From an uncultured Acidimicrobiia bacterium (lineage in GTDB: Bacteria; Actinomycetota; Acidimicrobiia; Acidimicrobiales; Ilumatobacteraceae), in contig CAVVMS010000007.1 of the NCBI GenBank assembly GCA_963749315.1, forward strand, positions 18,153-82,152: a DNA stretch of 64,000 nt, in the 5' to 3' direction. The notes below the pieces were generated by a model. That model saw only the letters and a list, made by a program, of their open reading frames with translations. It was not told the origin of the DNA and searched no databases. Positions 47,831 to 58,617 of this stretch are shown in pieces (position 1 is the first letter of the stretch; each line of letters opens with the position of its first letter). The position numbers and the translations under genes are program-made.

Positions 47831-50257
47831 TCATCGCGCGGTCGCCTCGGAGTGCCTCGCGTCGAGGACGGCGACAGGGTCCTGGCGTCCGGCGCGGGCG
47901 GCGGGGAGGATGGCGGCGACGATGGCGAGGGCGACGAGCGCGGCCGCCGTCGTCGCGCCGAGCAGCACCGGGAGCGGCGCCTCGGTCGCCACGCCGACGG
48001 AGGTGCCCAGCGTCCGCCAGCCCCAGCGCCCGGCGACGACGCCGAGCGGGATGCCGACCGCCGCTGCGCACGCCGCGACTGCGGTCGCGTTCCAGCGCAC
48101 GCTGCGGCGCACCTGCCCGCTGGTGAACCCGAGGGCGCGTAGCGTGGCGAGCTGCCGCCCGGCTCGGCGGATCCCACTCGCCAGGGCGTGGACCATCGCC
48201 CCGACGGCCAGCACGCCGACCGCCGCGGCGAGAGCCCAGGGCAGGGTGTCGATGCGGCGCAGGTTGAGCAGACCCTTCTGCGGGACAGCCGGTGTCACCG
48301 TGGCGTAGTCGTCGCGCAGCTCGTCGATCGTGGTGCCGGGGACCATCCGCACGGCGAAGGTCTGGGCGAAGGCGCCGGGAACGAGCTGACGTGCCCACTC
48401 GGCAGTGACGAGGCCGCCTTCGCCCGCCTCGGCCGAGAAGCCGTCGTTGATGATCGCCTGGCCGACGACTGTTGCCTCGACCGTCGTCGGTTCGAGCGCC
48501 GACAACAGGGTGACCGGGACCGAGTCACCGATCCCGACACCGAGGGCGCGCATGGTCACGCCGCCGAGGGCGACCTCACCACGGCGGATCGGCTCGCGAC
48601 CATCGACGACGACCGGGGTGATCGCCTCGCCGACGATGGGGTCGAGGGCATGGACGAGCGTCACCTGGTCGCCGATCGACGCCTCGGTGTACAGCTGACC
48701 GGCGACATCGCTCAGTCGCCCGTCGGCGCGCAGCACGGCGCTGAAGGCCCGCTCCTGCTCGATGCTGACGGGCGAGTCGATGACGGCGTGCCAGCTGGCG
48801 CCGTAGCGCGCCGGGTCGGCGAGCGTGTGGTCGAGGCCGCCGACCAGCATCGCCGCCGAGACGACCGCCGCCACAGCCATCGCTCCGGCGATCACCGGTG
48901 CGGCGCTCGCCCGGCGCGCGGCGCCTCCGGGAAACGCCAGGACGAGGCCGGTGGTCACCTCGGGGGAGCATCCGGCCATCGCCGCTGCCGTCCCGACCGA
49001 CGATCCCGATGCCCGGCGTCCGGTGCGCCGCACTCGGCGGATCGTGGGGATGACGAACGCCAGGACGACGACCGCGGCAACGAGGGGGAGTCCTGCGACG
49101 AGCGGGATCGCGTCGATGCGCAGGCCAGGATCCACCTCGGCCCGCCGCGCCACGCCGATCGGCGTCCATGCCGACATGACGATGGCCGTCGCCGCGGCGA
49201 CGACGGCGGCACCGATCGCGACGGGGATCGACCGGATCGCTGACGCACCGGCACGCTGGCGGCGCGTCGTGCCGATCGCCGCCAGCACCAGCGGGTCGTC
49301 ATGATCCTGTGTGGCCTGGCGGGCGATCGTCAGACCGACGACGACCATGGCGGCGAGCGCGGTGGCCACGGTCACGGCGGCGACGACACCGGTCTCGTAG
49401 CGAACCGCGTCGCGGACGGTCCCGACGTCGGACTCGGCGACGGTCGGCGTGAGCAGCGTCTGCTGATCGGCGAGCGCCCCGCCGATGGCAGCGGTGGGGT
49501 CGGCGCCGGGACTGAAGCGGACGAAGACGGCGGTCGAGAAGGCGGCGAGGTGCTGCCCGTAGCGCTCGTACCAGGCGCGGGTCAGGAACGGATTGGCATC
49601 GACCTGCTGGAGCTCCTGGTTCGATCGCTGTGCCGACAGGTCGGTCGGGAAGCGCACGACGCCGACCACGCGCACCGGGATCGGCTCGCCCTGCGGATCT
49701 GCCTCGAGGTCGATGCCTTGGGCGAGCGGGTAGCCGCGCACGGTCAGGACGTCGCCGACACCGATGCCGCTGGCGGCGACCATGTCCTCGGTGAGGAGCA
49801 CCTCGTCGGGTGCGTCCGGGTCGAACATCCGCCCGGCGACGACGACTGGGTCACCGAGCGCGGTGGGGAAGGTGTCGTCCGCCATCGCCCACACCCCGCC
49901 GCCCTGACCGTCTGGGAGCTTCGGACTCGAGTACCAGAGCGGGAGGATCGTCCCGATCCCAGCGGCGTCGACGCCGGGCAGGGCGGCGATCCGGTCGCGC
50001 TCGGCAACCGGGAGGTACGGCGTGTCGCACTGGCCGGCGTCGAGGTCGAAGTGACCGTCCGGCCCACACGTCGCCACCGTGAGGTCGGCGCCACCGACGG
50101 ACTGCTCGAAGCGGTCGATCGAGGTGGCGGCGCGCCTGACCGCTGCCCAGCCGCCGAGCACGAGGCCGCCCGCCACGCCGGCGAGCACGGCGAACACCAA
50201 CGTCGTCCGCCACGCGCCGCGCAGGGTCGCCGCCGCCAACATCCATGCCGCCCGCAC
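47831..50257 (-). CDS. Large FtsX-family ABC-transporter permease (two FtsX modules with large extracytoplasmic domains)
   Basis: In-frame part of ORF 47831..50875 from VRAAWMLAAATLRGAW (GTG 50257; ATG 50242 is an alternative). It is intact over 2.4 kb. No ATPase gene is adjacent. Confidence 0.75.
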   Translation of the reverse strand: MRAAWMLAAATLRGAWRTTLVFAVLAGVAGGLVLGGWAAVRRAATSIDRFEQSVGGADLTVATCGPDGHFDLDAGQCDTPYLPVAERDRIAALPGVDAAGIGTILPLWYSSPKLPDGQGGGVWAMADDTFPTALGDPVVVAGRMFDPDAPDEVLLTEDMVAASGIGVGDVLTVRGYPLAQGIDLEADPQGEPIPVRVVGVVRFPTDLSAQRSNQELQQVDANPFLTRAWYERYGQHLAAFSTAVFVRFSPGADPTAAIGGALADQQTLLTPTVAESDVGTVRDAVRYETGVVAAVTVATALAAMVVVGLTIARQATQDHDDPLVLAAIGTTRRQRAGASAIRSIPVAIGAAVVAAATAIVMSAWTPIGVARRAEVDPGLRIDAIPLVAGLPLVAAVVVLAFVIPTIRRVRRTGRRASGSSVGTAAAMAGCSPEVTTGLVLAFPGGAARRASAAPVIAGAMAVAAVVSAAMLVGGLDHTLADPARYGASWHAVIDSPVSIEQERAFSAVLRADGRLSDVAGQLYTEASIGDQVTLVHALDPIVGEAITPVVVDGREPIRRGEVALGGVTMRALGVGIGDSVPVTLLSALEPTTVEATVVGQAIINDGFSAEAGEGGLVTAEWARQLVPGAFAQTFAVRMVPGTTIDELRDDYATVTPAVPQKGLLNLRRIDTLPWALAAAVGVLAVGAMVHALASGIRRAGRQLATLRALGFTSGQVRRSVRWNATAVAACAAAVGIPLGVVAGRWGWRTLGTSVGVATEAPLPVLLGATTAAALVALAIVAAILPAARAGRQDPVAVLDARHSEATAR

Positions 50258-50365
50258 GGCTGGAGTATGCCGGAGCGAGAGCTCGTTGACGACCGTGCCG
50301 CCCTCCTGGTGAGAGGTGGTGCCAGCATCCCGTGGGGCGCCGCCGCCGACCCCAGACGCGGAGGA

Positions 50366-50434
50366 ACCGGGAGTGCCGCCCGCACTCCCGGTCCTCGGCT
50401 CCGACGAATCGGCGATGCCGCCCGCATCGCCGAT
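50366..50434. other. Two perfect 11-bp stem-loops (50366-50392, 50408-50434) sharing the apex TGC-CGCCC-GCA, in a divergent intergenic region
   Basis: AACCGGGAGTGC CGCCC GCACTCCCGGT and ATCGGCGATGC CGCCC GCATCGCCGAT, read directly. A third 8-bp hairpin lies at 50506-50534. Confidence 0.8.
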
Positions 50435-50569
50435 CGTGGGGTTCCCGCCCGATCGGACGTCCGTCCGACCGTTCGATCTGCTGACGTTGATGATGCCGGA
50501 ACGCCGCACGGGGTACATCGGGGAAACCCCGTGCTCGCGTGCGGGGATCACGTGCGTAGCGTGCGTCCG

Positions 50570-51104
50570 ATGACGGACGTGACCAGGGACGACAAGGACT
50601 GGACCTGGGTCCTCGAGCGGGAATGCCCTGAGTGCGGGTTCGCGGCCGGTGCGCTCGAGGTCGAACGGATCCCCGAGCTCGTGCGGGCCAACGCTGCGGC
50701 GTGGCAGCAGGTCCTGGCCGCTGCCGATGTCCGCCGGCGGCCGCGCCCCGACGTCTGGTCGCCCCTCGAGTACGCCTGCCACGTCCGCGACGTGTTCCGC
50801 CTGCTTCGACCAGCGGCTCGCCCTGATGCTCGCCGAGGACGACCCGCAGTTCGCCAACTGGGACCAGGACGACACCGCCGTCGCCGATCGCTACGGCGAG
50901 CAGGACCCGGAGGTCGTCGCCGGCGAGCTGGCTGCCGCAGCCGAGGCCATCGCCGCCTCGTTCGATGCGGTCGGCGACGATCAGTGGGAGCGGCGCGGCC
51001 GGCGCAGCGACGGCGCCGTGTTCACCGTGCGCACGTTCGGCCAGTACTTCGCCCACGACCCGGTCCACCACCTGTACGACGTGACACGGGACACCGTCGC
51101 CTAG
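50570..51104 (+). CDS. DinB-family protein (DinB_2-like, N-terminal CxxC); one frame change near 50800
   Basis: MTDVTRDDKDWTWVLERECPECGF...LEYACHVRDVF (frame of ORF 49301..) joins ORF 50649..51104 (DQRLALMLAEDDPQFANWDQD...HDPVHHLYDV). Confidence 0.75.
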
Positions 51105-51114
51105 CGTTGACGCC

Positions 51115-52633
51115 GTGCGCGAGCAGATTCACGACGCCGTGCAGCGGGCGGTCACGCCCGACGAGCGGGCGCTGGAGAAGATCCGCGGCCAGGGCAAGCT
51201 GACCGCCCGCGAGCGCATCGACCTCCTGGTCGACGAGGGCTCGTTCGTCGAGGACGCCGTGCTGGCCAACGCCATGGCCAGCGGGCTGCCCGCCGACGGC
51301 GTCGTCACCGGGCGCGGGTCGATCGACGGCGTGCCGGCGATCATCGTCGCCAACGACCCGATGGTGAAGGCCGGATCGTGGGGGGCGCGCACGGTGGAGA
51401 AGATGGTGCGGGCGTCGGAGGCGGCGCTCGCCGAGCAGGTGCGGATCGTGTGGCTCGTCGACTCCGCCGGCGCCCGCCTCACCGATCAGGTCCAGCTGTT
51501 CCCCGGCCGGCGCGGCGCGGGCCACATCTTCTACAACCAGGTCAAGTTGTCCGGGCAGGTGCCGCAGGTGTGCTGCCTGTTCGGGCCGTCGGCGGCGGGC
51601 GGGGCGTACATCCCGTCGTTCTGCGACGTCGTGTTCATGGTCGACGGGCAACGCTTCGATGTACCTCGGGTCGCCGCGCATGACCGAGATGGTCGTCGGC
51701 GAGATCACGACGCTGGAGGCGATGGGTGGGGCGCGGATGCACGTCTCGCAGTCCGGTTGCGCCGACAACCTCGCCGTCGACGACCACGACGCGATCGACC
51801 AGGCGAAGGCGTACCTGTCCTACTTCCCACGGACGTGGCGGGACGCCCCGCCGGTGTACGAGGCCGAGCCGCCCGAGGTCGAGCTGACCCCCGACGTCGT
51901 GCCGGCCGACGAGCGCGTGCCGTTCGACATGCATGTCGTCATCGACGGCATCGTCGACCGCCACAGCTTCTTCGAGATCAAGCCGCTGTTCGCCCGCGAG
52001 CTGATCGTCGGCCTGGCCCGCCTCGATGGTCACCCTGTCGGCGTCGTCGCCAACAACTCGGCGCACCTCGCCGGCACGCTGTTCGTCGACTCGGCGGACA
52101 AGGCGGCGCGGTTCATCTGGTGCTGCGACGCGTTCAACATCCCGCTCGTCTTCCTGGCGGACGTCCCCGGTTTCATGATCGGGTCGGCGGTCGAGAAGCA
52201 GGGGATCATCCGCCACGGGGCGAAGATGGTGACGGCGGTGAGCGAGGCGACGGTGCCCAAGGTGTCGGTCGTCGTGCGCAAGGCCTACGGCGCCGGGCTG
52301 TACGCGATGTCCGGCCCGGCGTTCGAGCCGGACGCCACGATCGCCCTGCCGACGGCGCGCATCGCGGTGATGGGGCCGGAGGCGGCGATCAACGCCGTCT
52401 ACGCCAACAAGATCGCCGCCATCGAGGATCCGGGCGAGCGCGACGAGTTCGTGGCCGAGCAGCGGGCGATCTACGAGACCGACGTCGACCTGCTGCGGCT
52501 GGCATCGGAGCTGGTGATCGACGCCGTCATCGAACCCCAGCACCTCCGGGCCGAGCTGATCCGCCGCATCGCCCACGCCCGCAACAAGGACCGCCACTTC
52601 GCCACCCGCCGCCACGGCGTCCCCCCGGTGTGA
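51115..52633 (+). CDS. Acyl-CoA carboxylase carboxyltransferase (beta) subunit, methylcrotonyl-/propionyl-CoA type; one frame change near 51650
   Basis: ORF 51115.. (KLTARERIDLLVDEGSF...GPSAAGGAYIP) joins ORF 51659..52633 (GVVANN...FIWCCDAFNIPLVFLADVPGFMIG). Confidence 0.85.
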
Positions 52634-52713
52634 TGCCGTCCGAGTACGTGGTGCCGCCGGAGTGCTGGTGTGCGGCCTAGCCGGCAGGAGTACTCGCGTG
52701 ACAGCACTACTCG

Positions 52714-53581
52714 ATGGTCCAGATCCGGGACGTCACGGCGCGGGATGGGTTGCAGGGCGAGCGGGCGGTCGACGTGGGGGAGCGGGTCGAGCTCGTGCGC
52801 GCCCTGTTCGCCGCCGGGCTGGCCGACGTCGAGATCGCCTCGTTCGTGTCGCCGAAGGCGGTGCCGGCGATGGCCGGGGCGGCCGAGGTCGCCGCGGCGA
52901 TCGTCCCCGAGCTCGCCGACGGGCAGACGGCGTGGGCGCTCGTGCCCAACGCCGCGCGGCGCCGAGCTGGCGACGACGGCCGGCGTCGATCACCTCACGA
53001 TCACCGTCTCTGCCTCCGAGGCGTACAGCGCGAAGAACGTGCACATGTCCGTCGCCGAGTCGCTCGCCGGCCTCGACGCCATCCGCGCCGCGGCACCCGC
53101 CGCGGTGCTCGACCTCGTGGTGTCCTTCGCCTTCGGCTCGTCGTTCGACGACGAGGAGATCACGCCCGACGACGTGTTGAAGGTCGCCGAGCGGGCGTCG
53201 GCCGCCAGTGTCGACCGGCTCACGCTCGCCGACACCACCGGCGTGGCCACGCCCCGCCGCGTCGGCGCCGTCCTCGACGCCGTCGGCACCGATGTCGGTC
53301 TGCACCTCCACGACACCCGGGCGACCGCCCTGCTCAACGCGTGGACGGCCATCGACCGCGGCGTCACCCGGTTCGACACCGCCGTCGGTGGGCTCGGCGG
53401 CTCGCCGTTCGCCCCGTCGGCCGGCGGCAACCTGGCGACCGAGGACCTCGTCCACCTCCTCGACGACGCCGGCATGGACACCGGCGTCGACCTCGCTGCC
53501 GTGCTGGCGATCGGAACCCGGCTCGCCGACCTCGTCGGCCACGGCATCCCGAGCCGCGTGGCCGCCGCACTGGCGCCGTGA
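52714..53581 (+). CDS. Hydroxymethylglutaryl-CoA lyase; one frame change near 52960
   Basis: MVQIRDVTARDGLQGE... (ORF 52714..) joins the tail of ORF 52670..53581 (LADTTGVATP...HLHDTRATALLNAW...GLGGSPFAPSAGGNLATEDL). Confidence 0.85.
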
Positions 53582-55511
53582 ACGACCAGCGCGGCGAGGT
53601 GCTGTGGACGCCGCCGGCGGACGCGTGGACGGCGACGGCGGCCGGTCGATTCGCGACGGAGCACGGCTTCGACGACTACGGAGCCCTGCACGCCTGGTCG
53701 GTCGAGGACCTCGACGGCTTCTGGCGGGCGGCGACGGAGTTCACGGGTGTGCGCTGGCGCGACGCGCCGGACGAGATCGTCGACCGGCGATCGCATGCCC
53801 GGCGTGCGTTGGTTCGGCGGCGCCAGCCTCAACTACGCCGAGCACGCCCTCGCCGCCGCCGGTGCACGCGCGCGACGACGTCGCCGTCGTCGCCCGCAGC
53901 CAGACCCGCGAACCGATCGAGCTGACATGGGGTGAGCTCGCCTCTGCCGTCGCCGCCGCCGGCGACGGGCTGCGCCGCCTCGGCGTCGGTGCCGGTGACC
54001 GCGTCGTCGCCTACGCCCCGAACATCCCCGAGACCCTCATCGCCTTCCTCGCCACGGCGTCGATCGGGGCGACGTGGTCGAGTTGCGCCCCCGAGTTCGG
54101 CGTGCGCTCGGTCATCGACCGCTTCGCCCAGATCGAGCCGGCCGTGCTCATCGCCGTCGACGGCTACCGCTACGGCAGCAAGGACATCGACCGCTCGGCC
54201 GAGGTCACCGAGATCGCCGGCGCCCTCCCGACGCTGCGCCACACCGTCCACATCCCGTACCTCCGTCCCGATCGTCAGCCGGCCGGCACCAGCTGGGCCG
54301 ACCTCGTCACCGGCGCCGCGGCGCCGGCGTTCACGCCGGTCGCCGCCGACCACCCGCTCTACGTGCTGTTCAGCTCGGGGACGACCGGCCTCCCGAAGCC
54401 GATCGTCCACGGCCACGGCGGCATCGTCGCCGAGCACCTCAAGGTGCTCACCCTGCACCAGGACATCGGCCCGGCCGATCGCTTCTGCTGGTTCACGACG
54501 ACCGGGTGGATGATGTGGAACTACCTCGTCTCCGGCCTGCTCACCGGGTCGACCATCGTGCTCTACGACGGCGATCCGGCGGCGCCGTCGCTCGACGTGC
54601 TGTGGGACCTCGCCGCCGACACCGGGATCACCGTGCTCGGCGTGTCCGCCCCGTTCCTGATGGCGTGCCGCAAGGCCGGCATCGCGCCCGGCCCGCGGGC
54701 GCTGCGCTGGGTCGGCTCGACCGGCGCCCCGCTGCCGGCGGCCGGGTTCCGCTGGGTCCACGAGGCGGTCGGGGTACCGGTCGCCTCGATCGCCGGCGGC
54801 ACCGATGTGTGCACCGCGTTCGTCGGCGCCTCGCCGCTCGTGCCCGTGCGCGCCGGCGAGATCAGCTGCCGCCTGCTCGGCTGCGCCGTCGAGGCGTTCA
54901 CGCCGGACGGACGGCCGGCGCCGGCGGGACGGACCGGCGAGCTGGTGATCACGGCGCCGATGCCGTCGATGCCCGTCGGGTTCTGGGACGACGACGACGG
55001 CAGCCGCTACCGCGCCGCCTACTTCGAGGACTTCCCCGGCGTCTGGCGCCACGGCGACTGGGTCACGTTCACCGACGACGGCGCGTGCGTGATCAGCGGA
55101 CGATCCGACGCCACGCTCAACCGCGGCGGCGTGCGGCTCGGCACGAGCGACTTCTACGCCGTCGTCGAAGGCTTCGCCGAGGTGGCCGACAGCCTGGTCG
55201 TGCACCTCGAGGGCGACGACGACGGCGGCCTCGGTCGGCTCGTCCTGTTCGTCGTCCTCGCGCCGGGCAGCGAGCTCGACGACGAGCTGGTCGGCCGCCT
55301 CCGTGGCGCGCTGCGCACCGAGCTGTCGCCGCGCCACGTTCCCGACGAGATCGAGGCCGTCCCGTCCGTCCCCCGCACGCTGTCGGGGAAGAAGCTGGAG
55401 GTGCCCGTGAAGCGGATCCTGACCGGTACCCCGCCCGAGGTGGCCGCGGCCCGTGACTCGCTCGCCGACCCGACGTCCTTGGAGTGGTTCGTGGCCAGGG
55501 CGGCGACGTGA
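53578..55511 (+). CDS. Acetoacetyl-CoA synthetase (acetoacetate-CoA ligase); at least 3 frame changes near the 5' end
   Basis: The GTG at 53578 overlaps the upstream stop. N-terminus VNDQRGEVLWTPPADAW...FWRAATEF. The main body is in ORF 53208..55511 (FSSGTTGLPKPIVHGHGG...GRSDATLNRGGVRLGTSDFY...SGKKLE). Confidence 0.85.
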
Positions 55512-56380
55512 GCGTCGAGCGCGTCATCGCGCCACGGCGCCGCAGCATCGGCGCGGCAGACGTCGACCGGCTGCTGCCGTTCCATGCCCGGCGGATGGTC
55601 GGGCCGTTCATCTTCGCCGACCTCATCGGTCCGGAGGAGCTGGCGCCCGGCCGCGGCGCCGACGTCCCGCCGCACCCGCACATCGGCCTGGCCACCGTCA
55701 CCTACCTGTTCGACGGGGCGATGGTGCACCGCGACTCGACCGGCGCCGTGCAGACGATCGACCCCGGCGGCGTGAACTGGATGACCGCCGGATCGGGCGT
55801 CGTGCACTCCGAGCGCTCGCCCGACGACGCCCGCCCCGTGACCGCCGTGCTCGCCGGGCTGCAGACGTGGGTCGCCCTGCCCGACGAGTCGGAGGAGGTC
55901 GAGCCGTCGTTCCAACACGCCGCCGCCGGCGACCTGCCGGCGGTCAGCGACGGCGGCGTCTCGGTGCGCCTGCTCGTCGGGACGGCGTTCGGCGCGGCGT
56001 CGCCGGTGCCCGGCGCCTCACCGTTGTTCCACGCCGACGTCCACCTCGATGCCGGCACGCGCGTGGCGCTGCCACCCGAGCACGCCGAACGTGCCGTGCT
56101 CGTGGTGGAGGGCGACGTGGAGGTGGCCGGCGAGCGCATCCCGCCCCGGCACCTCGCCGTGGTCGCCGACGGTGACGCCGTCGTGCGGGCGTCGACGGCG
56201 GCGCGCGTCATCACGTTCGGCGGTGCGCCGGTCGGTCCCCGGCACATCTGGTGGAACTTCGTCTCGTCGAGCCGCGACCGCATCGACGCGGCCAAGGCCG
56301 ACTGGGCCGCCCGCCGCTTCGCGCCGGTGCCCGGCGAGACCGAGCGCGTCGAGCTCCCAGCCGGTTCCTTGTCGAGTTAG
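55508..56380 (+). CDS. Pirin-family protein
   Basis: ORF 55484..56380 from the GTG at 55508. Contains GPFIFAD...PHPHIGLATVTYLFDG...HRDSTG...WMTAGSGVVHSE. Confidence 0.85.
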   Translation: MSVERVIAPRRRSIGAADVDRLLPFHARRMVGPFIFADLIGPEELAPGRGADVPPHPHIGLATVTYLFDGAMVHRDSTGAVQTIDPGGVNWMTAGSGVVHSERSPDDARPVTAVLAGLQTWVALPDESEEVEPSFQHAAAGDLPAVSDGGVSVRLLVGTAFGAASPVPGASPLFHADVHLDAGTRVALPPEHAERAVLVVEGDVEVAGERIPPRHLAVVADGDAVVRASTAARVITFGGAPVGPRHIWWNFVSSSRDRIDAAKADWAARRFAPVPGETERVELPAGSLSS

Positions 56381-56411
56381 TCGCGCTCAGCGGGCACAAG
56401 TGTCGTCAGAA
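56351..56411 (-). repeat. Intergenic repeat Z, copy 2 (inverted relative to 26492-26550). It covers the last 30 nt of the pirin CDS and the whole 33-nt convergent spacer.
   Basis: The reverse complement of 56381-56411 equals 26492-26522 exactly. Confidence 0.9.
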
Positions 56412-56413
56412 AC

Positions 56414-57355
56414 TCAGCCTGCGGGGATCGAGTTGGGGGGAGTGCGGGTGGTGACGGCGGTGTGGGTGGCCTGTTGGAGGAGGGTGTTGACGGGGGTGGG
56501 GACGCCGTGGAGGCGGCCGAGGAGGACGATCTCGCCGTTGAGGTAGTCGACCTCGACGGGGAGGCCGCGGGCGAGGCTCTGCCACGTCGACCCGCCCGCC
56601 CGGCGCTGGCCACCGATCGGCGCCATGCGCAGGATGTCGCCGCGCCGCGCACGATCCTCTTCGGCGCTGACGTGGTCGATGCCTGCCGCGGCGAGCACCT
56701 GCTCGCCCTCCTCGCGGGCCATCGTCATCAGGCGGCGGGCGTCGTCGTCGTGCGGGCACAGCGCATCGACCGGGTTGCCGAGGTTCATCAGCAGCTTCGA
56801 GTACTTCCAGCGGGCGATGTCGGCGCGGGCGACGCTCTCGAACCCCGACGCCCGGAACATCGCCGCCACCTCCTCTGCCAGCGCGTCGACGCCGGACGGC
56901 CACCGCCCGACGTCGAAGATCGCGGCCGCATCCCGGGTGTGCGCCTGGACCACGCCGGGCTCGAGGTGCGACGTGGGCGCCATCACCGGCACACCGAGCA
57001 CGCGCTCGAACCGGCGGAGGAAGGCGACCTCGTTGGCGACGCCGTTCTGCACACAGACGACAGGCGTCGCCGCCGGTGCCTCGGCCGCCAGCGCGTCGAC
57101 CACACCCGCCGTGTCCTGGCTCTTCACGGCGACGAGCACGACGTCATCCGCCGCGAACTGCAACTCCGAGACGTGACCGACGACGGGCACCCGCAACGTC
57201 GCCGACCCCTCCGGCCATTCGACGGTCAGCCCGCGCGAGGCGATGGCCTCGCGATGGGGACCTCTGGCGACGAGCACGACGTCGTGGCCGTGCTGGAACA
57301 GGCGCCCGCCGACGACCCCGCCGACGGCGCCGGCACCGATGACGACGACGCGCAC
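56414..57355 (-). CDS. panE: 2-dehydropantoate 2-reductase (ketopantoate reductase family)
   Basis: In-frame part of ORF 56414..57520 from VRVVVIGAGAVGGVVGGRL (GTG 57355). Contains ...WKYSKLLMNLGN..., and is intact. Confidence 0.75.
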   Translation of the reverse strand: MRVVVIGAGAVGGVVGGRLFQHGHDVVLVARGPHREAIASRGLTVEWPEGSATLRVPVVGHVSELQFAADDVVLVAVKSQDTAGVVDALAAEAPAATPVVCVQNGVANEVAFLRRFERVLGVPVMAPTSHLEPGVVQAHTRDAAAIFDVGRWPSGVDALAEEVAAMFRASGFESVARADIARWKYSKLLMNLGNPVDALCPHDDDARRLMTMAREEGEQVLAAAGIDHVSAEEDRARRGDILRMAPIGGQRRAGGSTWQSLARGLPVEVDYLNGEIVLLGRLHGVPTPVNTLLQQATHTAVTTRTPPNSIPAG

Positions 57356-57356
57356 G

Positions 57357-58287
57357 TCAGGCGGACAGCGGGAGTTGGCGGATCGTGCCGGCGACCTCGA
57401 CGGCGATCTCGACCATCCGCGAGGCGAGGGGCGACAGCGTGCGGTCGCGGCGCCACACGAGGCAGATCTGGCGCGGCGCGATCGCCGGCGACAGCGTCCG
57501 CAGATCGATGTCCGGGTCACGCGTGTTGATCGCCAGCAGCGGCATCACCGCCCACCCCATGCCGGCCTGGACCATCGCCACCATGGCACCGTTGTCGTAC
57601 GTGCGGAACACGAACGTCGGCTCGGCACCGCAGGCCCGCAGGCCCTCCTCGACGTCCTCCTGGCAGGGGCCCGGCGGGTAGCCGACGAGCGGCGCAGCGT
57701 CGAGCTCGGCCGTCGGGTAGGGCCCGTCGGGCAGCGCGCCGGGCGGGGTGACGAGCACGAACGGGTCGTCGAGCAGCAGCACCGACTCCAGGTTGCCCGT
57801 GCGCTGGCCGACGACGAAGGAGAGGTCGAGCTCACCGGCGAGCACCGCCTGCGGCCCGGCATCGTTGTCCTCGTACTCGAACAAGCCGGATGTCGACCTT
57901 CGGGAAGTCGCCGCGCAGGCGCTGGACGATCGCCGGCAGCAGCACGTTGGACACGCTCTGGAACGTGCCGATGTCGATGCGCCCGACGTCGCCGGCGAGG
58001 AAGCGGTCGACGGCGTCGCCGGTTGCGTCGACGCGGGCGATGATGTCGCGGGCGTGGCCGAGCACGAGCTTGCCGAGCGGTGTCAGCTCGACGGGCCGCG
58101 GCCCGCCCGGGCGGTCGAAGAGCGAACCGCCGACGAGCCGTTCGAGGGCGGCGATCTGCTGGCTGACGGCCGACTGGGTGTAGCCGAGGCGCACGGCGGC
58201 ACGTCCGAACGTGCCCTCCGTGGCCACCGCGTCGAGCGCCGCGAGGTGGCGCAGTTCGAGGTCGCCGAGGCGCTGCATGAACATCAC
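57357..58287 (-). CDS. LysR-family transcriptional regulator; one frame change near 57885
   Basis: ORF 57832..58287 carries the HTH (LRHLAALDAVATEGTFGRAAVRLGYTQSAVSQQIAALE). ORF 57357..57884 carries the effector domain. Confidence 0.85.
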
Positions 58288-58347
58288 CCTAACTGATCAA
58301 CACGATGACTGATAATCGCTGGCGCTGTCGACCATCTCGTCCCTACC

Positions 58348-58596
58348 GTGGACGTCATGAGCTCCCCCCACCATCCTGATCTGGCCTGGGACCTGGCCAC
58401 GGACGGGTTCAGCGGGCACGAGAACGCCGTCCTCGCCGTCGTCCGCGCCGCCCGCCAACGCGGCGTCTCCCCGGTGCTCGTCGACATCCTCGCCGACGTC
58501 CGCCAGCCCGAGGTCGCCCGCCTCCGCGCCTTCGGTCGCATCGCCGTCGCCCTCGCCGCCGCAACGCCCGCGCCACGGATCCGCCCCGCCGCCTGA
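58348..58596 (+). CDS. Hypothetical protein, divergent from the LysR gene
   Basis: ORF 58348..58596. I recognise no motif. The call rests on position and codon bias only. Confidence 0.3.
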   Translation: MDVMSSPHHPDLAWDLATDGFSGHENAVLAVVRAARQRGVSPVLVDILADVRQPEVARLRAFGRIAVALAAATPAPRIRPAA

Positions 58597-58617
58597 CATT
58601 CGGCCAGGATTGGCTGG

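Noticed and set aside
50316-50573. 85-aa ORF filling the permease/DinB intergenic region
   Set aside because: It is Pro/Ala-rich and has no RBS. It is built around the palindromic hairpins, which read open in either direction, so it is unlikely to be coding.
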